Origin: Balanoglossus misakiensis
Taxonomy: Eukaryota; Animalia; Hemichordata
DNA length: 64,000 nt
Reading direction: 5' to 3'
Assembly (NCBI GenBank): GCA_040954595.2
Contig: CM082577.2
Span: 3,782,305-3,846,304 of the forward strand
Positions 27,197 to 40,539 of this stretch are shown here, piece by piece. Each line of letters opens with the position of its first letter. Position 1 is the first letter of the stretch. The notes under the pieces were generated by a model. It was not told the DNA's origin, did no database searches, and saw nothing but the letters and a program-made list of their open reading frames with translations. The position numbers and the translations under genes were made by a program.

Positions 27197-30100
27197 ACTT
27201 TTCTGCCACAACTGAATTTCCGATAATACCTTTGCTTACCTTGCGGGACTTTTGGATGGACTTCATAGGTAACCAATATCTTGTGATAACTTTACGGAAC
27301 TGTTTCAACACCATTCTTTTTAAAATATCCTCCATGCGAAGAATGAGAGCCTTCAATAAAAGTGTACATCGTGCTTTCCGTAGAAATTCTGAAAGAATAG
27401 AACCATATAAAATATATGATGGTACATTATACATTACTGAAAGTAATTTGCACGCATACAGTAGAATGAGAAAAAAAGAAATCCGTCTCTCTCATCGCAG
27501 ATTTTGTGAGCAAAAATCCCGTCCCCATTGGCAATATTAATCTCTAGGAATGTAACCTAGTACCAACTGTTTAGATCTGTTCATACTTTACATTTACTCT
27601 ATTCGAAACGCATGGCATAATTTCTTGTCCTATATGCAGACAGGTTTTATTGCGTGTTCACTTTTGTTTTGTTGCCAATTGTCTGATCTGCGCGCAGGTC
27701 TCTATCTTGTGAATAACCTATTTTAACTGGGATTTTAGGTTAACACATTGGCTTGTCTTGATTTTATTATTCAATTTAGAAGAAAAATGAGGACGATATC
27801 TGCCTGTGTACTTTAATGGTTTTATATTTCATTCAAATGAACCACAGACAAATAATTCTCAATCCCAAGACAAAATCGTTTACCTACGGGCAAAATAACG
27901 AGCCACCCAAAGGGCCGGGTCTCCTGATTGAAATAAGAGAAGTTATGTTTGCAGGTGAAAACATATATAATCATTAGCTGCATATTTGAGGAAGCTATAT
28001 GCACAACTTTAAACCTGTAACTTGGCATCAAATTATCTTCATAGTAAATATTTCAAAATTAATTATATCTTAACACTATTTTAATATATCATGTCGATTA
28101 CTTGTTAAATACGTTAGAAATATTGCCCATGAGAAGTCATGTGGAGACTTAATTGCAGTATCTATTTGGATATGCGTTATCAATGACATATTCATTTGCA
28201 GAAGTTCTCAGTAATACCCATCGTGTTTAAATGTCTCTAATTATAGAAACGGTCTTGGGATTTCAACCGTCTGTGATTTCCATCTTTGCCCGAACCAACC
28301 TCGCATAAATACTGCAATACCCATCAGTCATAGCCTGGAAGTAAATCAGTTTATCGTTCTGACAGTGCGAGCATTCCAATTCCCTGTTGGCAAACATTAC
28401 ATGTAGAAGCCTGGCTAACGTAATTCTCCGATGAAAAGAGATATATGACCGATGGACGCAGAAGGCAGTAGGGAGTGCCGGGCAGCTCAAAGATGTATAT
28501 GATATATACCAAACGGTGATCAACGGCTTTGGACACAATACGAACTTTGGAGTTTGAATGCCCGTCTTTGTTAGAACGCTACAGACACAGTCCCTCCGCA
28601 TAGATATAAACAAAAGACATTTTGTCTTCGCGTCAAACTGTTTATTGGGAAACAAAAAATGTAAAGAAATGGCCGACTGTGCATAACATATACCCCTTTA
28701 AGAAGATCGCGTTTATGTTGTGCCGTTGCATAGCGTTTCCCAAAACAAAAATAAACAACACGGTCATCAGTGTGCCCTCGCCTTTCACAATTCCTAGCCT
28801 GGTGGACGGGATTTTAAACCTGCCCCGGTCGTTCTCTTTTCCGATAAGAAGAATGTCTCTAATCGGCTTCGTGAATCTTCGGCAATCCTCTTGCCGTTGC
28901 CCACTTACTCTGTCTGAACCGCTGTTCCGCGGAGTATTATCTTTTCAAAGTGTATATTTGCATCGCCCGGTTGGTTCTAGTTCGAACCAACAAAAAGCGA
29001 TACTGTGGAATTTAATCAAATCTGAATTTTAAAACATGCCATATAATATACAATATGGAACAGAATCAACATGATAATAAACTGTTTTTTTATAATGGGT
29101 TCATCGCGAACTACAGAGATAAATTATTCAGGGCTCATACACGTTTGGGACAGATGAATGTCGAGACCTTGGGTAGATGAATTGTAATTATATTCAGTTT
29201 CCAAACACATTATCCAGCCGTTAGCGCGAAGCACATTTCGCGAAGAATGGCAAAAAGATGCGATATTGCCCATACCATGTTGGCCTATCGAACACGACCA
29301 GGGTCCACGTCACATCTCATATCACGATGCTGTGAAGTCACCCCCCCCCCTCCTGGGAATAAGCGGTGAATATTTGCAGACAGGCAAAATTCATCACGTG
29401 TTTGAAAATATATACATCCCGTATATTAAGACAGTCAGAATTTCGTGCATCAATGTATGTACAAACACGTAACACTTTTACTTCCTATATATGTATTAGG
29501 TTAAACGACGACACAAATAATGCTAACGCAAGACCTGGCCTCCTCGCGTCTTATCGCACGAGGAAATCTCATTAACTAATTCTTGCGACGAGAATGCTGG
29601 ATTTCAGATATTAATGAATATCATTGAGCTGGTGATGTGAAATTAAGTTATTATCAGAATACCACGGAAAATTGTGAATGAACGACTGGTAAATTAGATT
29701 TAGACTATTAAATGCAATGAAAATAACAATACTAAAAAAAACTGAATTAAGTCTGCGTGGGGAATTCCTGATCGGTATGGGAACGTGTCCATGACAATAC
29801 ACAATTAAAATAAATCCGGAATCATTGTTTCTTAAACATGGACGACAGGGAGAAAAGTTTCATGGTTTTATTTTTATGTGCATACTATCTGTCACGCCTC
29901 TTTGATGATAAACATTTTACTAGAATAACTAGGTTACCTGTGTGTAGAATCGCATTACATTTTTACTGTAGGAAATATGGTTTTATTTCTCGGAATTATT
30001 ATCAAATTATGCGCGCTGCAGAATTGAATTTGTATTGGAGTTGTCAGCCTAAGGGGTTTTCACTTACCGTCCAAGCGTTTGTTATTGGCCGTAACGCCAC

Positions 30101-30292
30101 ATGAATTGGGTCTCCATTTTAATGGCCGTCTAGGATTCAGTAAAATGCCTAATGGTGATATTCCTCAGTGGTGTTGAAATTGCAATTCCACATCAGGGGT
30201 GGATAGAAGCTCGATGGTCATTATGTGATAAAATGACATGCTTGTGGGCACTTTTAAGCGGTTTTAACATACATCAACGGGAGATCTTGCTT

Positions 30293-30297
<5 letters not shown>

Positions 30298-30323
<26 letters not shown>

Positions 30324-30330
30324 GACAGAC
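30298..30330. repeat. (CA)n/(CAGA)n microsatellite
   Basis: cacacacacacacacacacacagacagacagac seen directly. Confidence 0.9.
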
Positions 30331-33300
30331 ATGTATACAATACACACAATGCGTTGGGCAAACAATACAAATTCAATTCACATCGCAAACTGAAACCGAA
30401 GTGCACCGCAAAGGTTCCGGGGGAATATGATCTCTCGTTTCCGTAGGTCTAATTGATCGTGATCGCAAAATGAAAACAATTTCTTCCTCATTCGTGCATT
30501 GCTCACAGCACGTGTAGTTCATGTGAGAAGACATGCCGGCTGACGACCCCAAATGCCCCGGATAACCAAACTGTATCTGTACAATGTATGTCTAGAACAT
30601 TATCGAGATATATTCGAGAGTATTTTGCAAAAGATGTTTATCGGGTCAGTTGGTACGGTCATATTTCTTTAGGCAACTGCGAGCCAAATGTTACCAGGCT
30701 TCCTCTGACAGAAACGGGGTACACGTATGTTCAGTGTAATATTTGATATCTATCAGATGTGTTAATCCTAGCGGAAGACATTCAAGTGCCGGCCCACGCA
30801 ATGAAGGTTGGGGTGTGTGCTTTGAACTGTGCCATGACAAATATACTTTAATGACCCGTGATTATTGTCATTTATTTTCTTCGTCGTGTATTTTGGATTT
30901 TACCAAATTTATCACCGGAGACGCGGTTTTCGTTTTCTGATGCGGGTGATTCGTCGAACAATTCATTGCCAACTTTGAAGTTGTAAGAATTTGTGTTGTT
31001 TTCCGTGTCGTGAATCTGGTTTTAGCACTAGGGTACGTAGGACGGTGATGTCATTTTCTGTCATCCGATCTTAGTATATGCACAAGCTCTAGGCAAGCAA
31101 GAATATCCCCTTGTTGACGAATCGTATTCCTTGCTGCAGCTAGCAGCATGACATCTCTTGCGAAAAGAAAAAAAAATCAACCAACATGGAACCACTTTTC
31201 AACGGTAATAACGCTCACGTCCGTTTCTGTGTCGATCTTAAAAGCACTAGAACCCGGGATGCGCGACACACTGATACGTTGGGATACAGCTGCGCCATCT
31301 TTGGGGGCGAATCTAAAAGAGAATCAAGTGACAACGGATACTTTATACCTCAGAGGCATGTCAGAAAATGCGCATTTCCTCCTACAAAGGAAATGGACGC
31401 AAATGACTCTCTTAGCTCATACTAGTTCAATCAGACATCGCCGTCCGTCGAATCAAGGCGCATCCCCATGAGGAGACGACTCTCAAGCAGCCGTGGTTCT
31501 TTGAGGTTGCATGGAAAAAAACAGCCTATGAAATCCAGAACTTTTTTCTGCTCCTTGTTTTTTTTTCATGTCGATATTTAAGATGCGATGTAAGTTACGG
31601 GCCATGTCGGAGAGCTAACTCCCTTTCAGAGACAGCTGGCAAGCGCTTACCGAACGGACATGCGGCCGATCGATTAAAGAGGGATGCGTAGTTAGAAATC
31701 GTTTAAACGTAAATAGACACGGATTGATAACGGTGCATCATTAGCGGCTATTTTACCATAAACGATCGCCATGTTTTCCCGAAGCCTTCAAATACACAAT
31801 TTTTTTTGCGGTGCTTTCAAAGGATTTGCGGATAATGCGCTGTTAATTGCACTGTGTTATCTGCTGGTCATGCAATGATATGCCCATTCACTGAAAACCA
31901 TACAGCATTAAACGTGTCTGCATTTCACATCCGCCACGCCCCATTCGGACGAACATTTTCGATGCTCGGGTACGTTTAACTTCGCGTTAACAATCGGTAT
32001 TTTCACAGCGTTCAGAAAACGTCATTACCAACCACTTATCCTCGGCAATTGTGCGTAGGGCTGCGAACCGTTAGATTCATTTTGATCATTTCGTCTTCAC
32101 TCGGTGGCAATGAATGCATGCATTTTGGTGACGATTGTCGTGCATATTCCGATATTTGAGAACGTTACGTCGTTTGAGGTTACCTTGTACAACATTTTAA
32201 GCGCAGATGATCTCACATCAGCATCACGATACTATAGACCTATGGGCAAGAATATCTTAAATGTGTTATTTAAAGTATCATCAGCCATGATAAGTAACCC
32301 TCGTATTGTAGACTTTTGTTCATGATATATATGGGGTTAAAACGAGGGTAGTTATTGCAGCGTCCGGTTTAGTAACTAGGTTATTTATAGGAGGGTCAGT
32401 ACTTGCAACCAATGCATGTATAAAAACTGCGTGTTATTAAATGATATGAATATTCTTCTCACATATTGATATAGGCGTACTAGTTCTAGCGAGACTGTCC
32501 GGTGTTTAGCTGAAAAGATACGTTGCAAGTGATACGTTTAACCAGCTTGAACATTTACTGTACCAGAGTGATGTTTATACGATACAGTTGTTGGAAGGAA
32601 AAGGGCCAAAAAAAAAGTTTGATTCATGGCCTTCGCAACCCCTCAGTACATGTAACTGACAAGAATGCTCTGTGTATTTCGAAAGTTGTTGTCTTAGCAG
32701 TGATCATGGTGCCATCTCGCCCGATAATCTCCTTCTGACCCGGTGAGACACTGAAAATGCATTAATAAGGACTTAACCTCGTGCCAAACGTGTTCTCGCG
32801 TGACTTGCGGATATGTACGTAATCCCAAACTTTTAAGCCGTTGGTGATGGATCACACGAAGAAAAAAAATTGGGATTACCGACTTTTCTGGATTGTGTGG
32901 CCGGGCAACCTTTACAGCTATTGTTCACAGAGGTCACGTGATAGCACGCGCGCTGTAGTCATTCCCCTGCAACATCCATGTTTACTGTCATTGTTTTACC
33001 GGTAATATACACATGTCATAAACTACATTCAGTGATGTATGAATGTGTGCTGAATTCTCATTTATCAGTTATATCCGACCTTTTAACGGGCTGGTTGTCC
33101 CGGGAAAAAAATCTACTTTTGCCATAACGGCTTAAATTACAAAATAAATGTACGTGCATGCAGAAGGGTTTCACCTGATAATCACCACTTAATAATAAAT
33201 GATTTAGAATGTAATTACTTCCTTGAACTTTACGCTTATCAGAAGAGAAGAAAATAATTTAGTAGCACGATTAGTGCTCACTGATCTTTGTTATTTCTCA

Positions 33301-33906
33301 GATTTACATGCCAAATGGATAATTAGCATGAATATGTGCCCTTCCTGTCTGTCTGTCTTCGGAAAGAGTTTGTCCATATCGTGTCAATATTCAAAATCAA
33401 GAAATCGCATCCACCACTAAGATGTAATTAGGTTCTTGATGCCGCGTAAATCTTACCCGCGGGAACCTTCAACTGATATTATGTCTGATATAGTTTCATC
33501 TGTTTACCGTCATGGTGGAAAATAGTACACGAGAACGCCATTGGAAATGATTTATATAAATTATTCGTCTTGCCGTCCTTGATACGCTCTGACATGAAAC
33601 ATGCATTGCGTTTTGCCGAAAGATGCACGATGGGTTTTCGTATAATTTTTCAGATAAGAATATTCAAGTATGCCAACACTCAACAGAATAGCATCATGCC
33701 CAGAGAACGGCATTTACCTGAAAGTGTTGAAAGCTTTGGCTTCAAGGATATATTGTGTTGGCAAGGTGTTTTCCTGGGGCCATCACGAACAAATATAGTG
33801 AGGTGAACGTGTTTTGACCGCTGATTTTGCACGCCGGTGTTTCCAACCATTGTACTACATGAGACTTGAAAGATGTCGACATTTCACTCCCAACTCTTGT
33901 AATAAG

Positions 33907-34066
33907 TACAGTCGAACCTGCGTTAGTGGCCACCTCCATATTGTGGCCACTTTTTTGCGGTCCCTGTGCAATATACAAATGCATGAACTGACATAAAGGC
34001 CACCTTTCTATATCGGCCAGTTTAGGAAAGTTCCTTGACTGGCTACTGTAGACAGGTCTGACTGTA
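33907..34066. mobile_element. Tc1/mariner-type MITE (~156 bp) with TA target-site duplication
   Basis: TA-CAGTCGAACCTG ... CAGGTCTGACTG-TA (TIRs match 10/12), internal subterminal repeats (GTGGCCACCT, GTGGCCACTT, AGGCCACCT), no ORF. Confidence 0.75.
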
Positions 34067-34215
34067 TGGGGTAAAAGGACCAATAGATTCTGTACTTGCT
34101 AACCGAACCCCCCCCCCCCCCCCAGGAGTTATATAAAATTTGGAATCAGGGTGCATCTTCAAGTAACTCGATACAAATGTTTCAATTTGGACCTGACTGT
34201 TTTTGTTATTCGCAG

Positions 34216-34956
34216 GAGGATGGCATGCCGTTTCTTCACATAGGAGCATCGTTAGTTCAGCAGTGTCGGTCGATGATGAGGTTTCTGGAGTACCACAACT
34301 GGTTCCACTTTTCCATCGTGACGACGGCCAAAACGCCCGACTACCGGGAATTCATCACCATCCTGGAGTCGCTGTCGGCCGAGATCAGCAACGACGCCAG
34401 CCACAACAAGACGTGGGAGGTGTGCCAGGCGTTCGCGCTGGACTTGGACGCCAACGCCACCGCCCAGTTCGCCAACATCGCCGGCCAGGATTGCCAAATT
34501 TTTCTCGTCTACGCCTCGTACGAGGAAGCCAAGCGCCTCTTTTCATATGCAAGCGAACGCGGCCTCCTGCAGGAAGGGTTCGTGTGGATGCTCGCTGAGC
34601 CGGCCATCGGAGAGAACATCGACGTCGTGCCGGAGGAGTTCCCCGCGGGCACGCTCGCGGTCAAATTTTACGACCGCGACTACCACAAAGAGCTGTCGGT
34701 GGAGGACAGCACGAACGTGTTTTTGTACGGTCTTGAGGACTACATCCGGGCAAATCAACCGCTCCCGGTGATATTTGACGAGAGTTGCCAAGAGTCGTAC
34801 TCCAGTAAGAAAAACAACACTTCCATGTACAACTTCCAAAAATATATTACATCTTCAAAACTCAAAGAGAAACACTTCTCGTTCGATAAAGAGGGATTCT
34901 TGAAATCTCCGAGGATGGTGTTGATCAACGTCGACAACAGGAGAAGGTGGAGACAG
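34216..34956 (+). CDS. GRIN2: GluN2-like coding exon 2: ATD (R2 lobe)
   Basis: Acceptor ttttgttattcgcag|GAG; protein FLHIGASLVQQCRSMMRFLEYHNWFHFSIVTT...GFVW...EFPAG...FDKEGFLKSPRMVLINVDNRRRWRQ, typical of the GluN2 ATD; donor CAG|GTATGT; 741 nt, phase 0/0. Confidence 0.93.
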
Positions 34957-37900
34957 GTATGTTGAATTTGAAACATTTTCGAAGTTGCATTGACGAGGCA
35001 ATTTTTTTTACATTTCGAATGCCTCCTTTAAATTTTGCCGCAATCAACACGCCACTTTGCCTGTCTGTCTCCCATTTATAAATTACCATTTTTAAAGAAG
35101 AACAAGACACCCAAATCTATATCGGGAAATTTCAAAGGGGGGACTCAGTGCAAAATGCGCGTGCGCAGTGGTGATATCAGCATCAGCGGTTTACATCTCT
35201 ACACCTGGCTCTTTGAGACAACATGCCTGTTGGTTATTCTTCGACGATTCCAGGGCAGCGTTAATAATTGATATCGCACGCAAGCACAAATATCGAAGGT
35301 GACTTAATTTCGTTTGCATGTGAATAACAGTCCGTGATCTAAGCCGGTGAACTCACTGCCGCGCAAACTCACTGCGCCTACACGCATGGAATAGCGCGCA
35401 ATATGCAAATTGGTGTATAAACCCCGGGTGCCATTCACATTATGTTTTATTTTTTCACATTAGCTAGCGCAGATTAACTTATGACTTATGGACGTCATAA
35501 CGATGATATCTAAACTGTGAAAAAAAACATATCCTTGAGTTTTTTCGTCAGTCAGATTGTGATTCGGTGTGATTTTGTTACACTGTGAAAACATGATAAA
35601 GATCAATGATTATTGTGACATGTGCATGTAAATACGCACGTCGAACCACGTAATTTTGTGTGGAGTGACGATGGACAGGATTCAGTGAGCGGGTCAAAGC
35701 GAACATCTTCAGGAAATTATCTCAAAAGACAGACATTTGCGACAAAATGCCGCTACGTTCAAAGGGGAAAACGGTTATGCAAAATAGACGAACATGTGAC
35801 ATCTGGCAGCAAATTATATATTACACCTTGCAAGAACCGGAACTCAGGGATCTAGACACAATTGTAGCCGGGTAAACCATTCAGAACGGAACTAGTATTC
35901 GATTCACAAAACGTCAAAACCGACACCGGCGTTTTCCGAGATTATCTCAGCATGATGCTACCGCAGATTATATGCGTACTCGAGCAGTAACCGAGAGCGA
36001 ATAGTTGTTGTAACTACTCCCAAAGTTTGCGGGTATCCATGTCATCTCAGTTATTGCTTTAAAATCAAAATGAAATTCCATGCGGTGATGGACACGGCTG
36101 GAAGTGCAATCAGAAAGAATGGTTTGTGATGTGCAGCGACAGAAAAGATTAGATTAGGGTTACAAATTTCACATTTGGAATTGTATTTCAATGGATGCTG
36201 ACCGAACTGAAGTTAAACCCGGTACAAGCTAACAATAAGATCAAAGAGTAACCTGGGCAGATTAGTCGCAACTGCGCAGTATTGCATTTGCCAAATAATC
36301 TCCAGCATACCTCGCTTTTTCAAATTTTGGCTTCCGGGCATATGAAAATTTGAGAGTTTTGGAGCCCCTGGTAGATTGGTATAGACACAAAGTAGAACGA
36401 TTTCCTAATAACTCCGCGCTGCCTGACGGGCAACAGAATTATTGATATAGAAATCCATTTCCAACAATGAGCGTACATTCGAATCTAATTGGTTTTAAAG
36501 GAATATGGGAAAAAATGGGGCGCCTATATAATCTGTCTGTAATGTACTCCTTGAGTGTGGTATCACTTTTGATCTGTGTTGTGCCATTTGACATACACGC
36601 GCACGCACACACAGACACACACACAGTGCAACGCTGAACTGAAATAGTATATGTTAAACATCAAGCGCTACTACTATAACAACAAAGTCTTACATTAGTA
36701 TTAAACTCATCTAACGCGAAGATTTCTTTTGACGGGATCTGAAAAGCGACGATGCTGAAATGAAGCTATGCGTTCATGTACATTTGCACGGATGCGAAGT
36801 GGAAATGAATTCCAATGAGTTGCTTTTATTTCTCGCAACGTATCTTAGAATTCAACAAACATCGCTTGTTTCCACTCGTGCCTGGCCTGACTGCCCCATT
36901 GTAGGCATTCTGTTGATTTGTTTCGCCTGTGTTGACGGCGTATTTCCCCCCATGGGCATAGATGTTGACTTAAAAGGCACATGCCGTCGACTGGCATCAA
37001 TTCTTAATTCGCCCTATCAGATGAAGTGAAGCTCAATAGGCAAAGGAAGGCCTGCGTGGAGACGACATTAAAGATTCATTATCCATCGCAATCTTATTAC
37101 CCGCCAAAAAGGACAGGCTGTGCAGCTGAGACAGGCGCTTGAGAGGGGCAGTGGCTGGCACACCAATAGTTTTTTTTCTTTCTCTATTCTGCCAGTGCGC
37201 ACGCAATATTGCCGCTCAATCAGCATCGGTTTTTCGTGGGACGAAAATGCAGTGAACGACACTTAACACGGTGACAGCGAAATCGTCAGGAAATATGGCG
37301 GGCTTTTTTCTCTCTGCTGCGATGTCAGGGTCTGGCTGTTTTCTTCTCTAATGTAATAAATCAGCAGCACGATGGGTTTTCTCATTCAGTAGTGTCGTTC
37401 ATAACTTGCTGATATCCTAATTAAAAGAAATTGCCTGCCACCTCTTTCTGAATATGACGACAAATCAAAGATTTAAACATTCAAGATTTGCAATTACTTT
37501 TTGGTACTTTTTATACAATACTTAAATATTAATGCCCCTACTTATACTCCAGGTTTCTTTTACAGTAATCCCTGCTTCTTTAGTAGAAAAATAATATCTC
37601 AATATATTATAAAACTGAATTGATGAGGTCACGCTTTATAGACACAAAGGTAAATCGACACATAAACATTTGATCGTGGTTTATACTTATTGCATATTTG
37701 ATTTAGCTACGTCAATGCCAGCTACAGTTATGTATCAGTATGTAATATAGTTGTAATCAACATTGAAAAATGGGATCGTGTCTTTCTGATGCAAGTAAAA
37801 TTGTCTCCACATTAGCGGTCGGCAAGTAATTGATGATTTCACGGGGTGTTTTTTGTAAAGCCCTTTATTTCTCTCATGATTACTAAGCGGTACCCAAAGT

Positions 37901-40508
37901 AATCAACACGAAAGAATCAAGCTTCGGCGCGTGCGCAATTGTTTTTTTCTTAACAAGATATTGTCTCCTGGGTAAACCGAGTTGATGTTCATTTACGTGC
38001 CATTGTTCTGCGTTCTATGCAGCAGCGATTCCTGCCGAGATGAAAGGTTGATATATTGGGACATCCCGGATAGTGTTTAATTACGGTACTACATCTGAGT
38101 GCCTATATATTCGTCAAGTGACACTGTTTAGTTTGCTGGCCGGCTCTGAAGGGTCGATGAAACATTGCGACACTGTGAGAACCTCTCTTCACGCCATTCA
38201 CTCCATAAAACATGATTTTGGAGAGATTCCCATTGGTTGAAAGACCATTTTCGCCCCCCGTATTAAAAGCAAGTGGAAAATTAAATTCCGCAGTCGAAAA
38301 AAAAAAGAGCACATGTAATAGCCTTTCACTGGTTTGAAATGACTTACCAGGCTCAATTAAGTAATTGGCAAAAATGTAATTTCCGATTCGCTTCAATGGC
38401 ATTGCATTAGGAAAATCGCCAACAAACTACATAAGAACATTTATATTGCAGTATTCCTCAGGGACGCCAGAATAAATACTTCATGAATAAATGTCATTCC
38501 TGCCCGAAATATGCTCTGCCGCTTTCGCTCAACGTCTTCTGTCTGGGGTTGAACGTTTCCAGACTTTGATTGAAATGGAGGACTCGACACTTCAGAGACC
38601 AATTATGCTTCTTAAATTTCAAACCTTGATGACTGTGTCCTGTCATCGAACAAAGTGTTCACAACTTGAGGAGAATGACGGCGTGTTAATCTGGTTTTGC
38701 TCCAGCAACTAACAGAATGCTCCCGCTCCAATCCACTCATGTGCTTCATAACCACTACATATAGAATTATTGTGGGGGGGGGGGGGGGGTAAGATCATTT
38801 AATATTGTTGACATGTGAAGAAAATCTCCAAAATCATTCGGCAGTCGAACATTGTTTTTTTCTTTGCCCAGTCAAAGTAACAAAAAGTGTAACACTCGAA
38901 TATTGACAAAGACTGCCAACTTCAGTTGCTGACTGCTTCGCTCCGAAATTTAAGCATAACATCTGCAAGACAGCCTGTTTATGTTTATGAATCTGTGAAT
39001 CTGAAACTTTAACTTTTATTGGTGTCTGCAACGATTTTTATGACTCGCCTTCAGCTTGACTTGCATTTCTTGGCTCGCAACCCGATAAAACAAGTCTCGC
39101 GAGATCTCGCAGTGAGCAAAAAATCATCCATCTATTTGACACATACTTATTTCTCCGAGTCACAAATCCTCGCCGATGTACAGCATAGTAAATTTCACGT
39201 ATACGCACGCAGAAACCTGATTAATTGTGCTACCGACACAGAATATATTTGCCTACGTACTTAGAATACAATGTCTCAATAAACTGTCTTGAGTGCCGTG
39301 AGTAGTTCTTTAAAGTGGTAAAGTCCGATTAAATTGGGATTAATTTTCCGTGTTTTAGGGGAGAAGAACACTCGCCCTGTACACCAGGTGCGCATTGTCG
39401 TGATTCGAGCGATCGAGAAATCAAAAACTTCGCGGTGTATTACAGAACTGTGTGGACGGATAGTGTTTCTGAGACAAATGCATTTCGATCGATAATGTAT
39501 GTGGTCTGTGGACTGGAAGGACGGTTAGATCGATCGCTGGACGGAACCAGCATGATAGATGATTCTCTTTCTGGGGATTGAATAATAAATCGACGTATGA
39601 TAGAGATGTCTGGCAGCCCTAGTCAAGCAGGCGACTGTGCATCTATGGTGAGCCTTATAGATTGCCTACACGCCCCAAATTACATTTATCCTCGAACAGC
39701 AATAAGGCATGCATCAAGCTGCGACGATAATTCTCGTCGGGGTTCCGGGTAAATTGACATTAGCGAAATGGTGGTTGGTGCGTTCCTGACTCCGTTACTT
39801 TTACTGAAAAAATAGTTCAGCTAATCTTCCATATGTCAGCGGTTGTGATATTACATGAAACAACGAAGTATCAGTTTCCTACCTTCGGGAATTGTATAAG
39901 TGAAGGTCAAGACGCCAGCAACATTTAAACCAGTTCGGTGAATTAATTCCACCCTGTTGTGCACAGTCTATCTGTGCTGTTTCAATTTATTTTGAAATAT
40001 CTTTGTTGGGGGGGGGGGGGGAGTGAAGTACAGCACAGTGTATCCGACCCCTCGCTCTCTCTAAGATATGATTAATTTCTTCGCGCATTTAAATTACTCC
40101 ATGAATATATCAATTACGCCCCCGTGGGTTACAGGTAAAGCAAGATCAAGATCTCCGTGATTTAGTATTATTTGGGTATTCATAAAAGCTGTGTTGCTTG
40201 CATTGGAACCCTTTTCGCTAACAGGGGGGGGGGGGGGAGGCTTTTGTTACATGTCCCATCAGTCATTGCGCGAAAAAAGTATGCGTTTGACAGTTCCGGA
40301 TCTTCTTGTGATCGTGAAAAATGTTAACGTTCGTTCATTGTTTTTGCGGCAGACGTGCTGCCCTGCCTTGTACACATGCATCTGTTCCGGCGCATAATGT
40401 GGCAGACTTCAAAGGTATACATTCCGGCGCCACGCAGATCCGAACAGACTCGAGGGCTCGGTGCATTGTCATCCTTTTAGCCATTCGCTTTACGTTCTAA
40501 AGTAGTAA

Positions 40509-40534
<26 letters not shown>
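40509..40534. repeat. Poly-G tract (26 G)
   Basis: Seen directly. Other G/C homopolymers occur at 38774-38789, 40008-40021, 40224-40237, 57898-57918, 17871-17884, 34108-34123 and 53675-53688. Confidence 0.9.
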
Positions 40535-40539
<5 letters not shown>

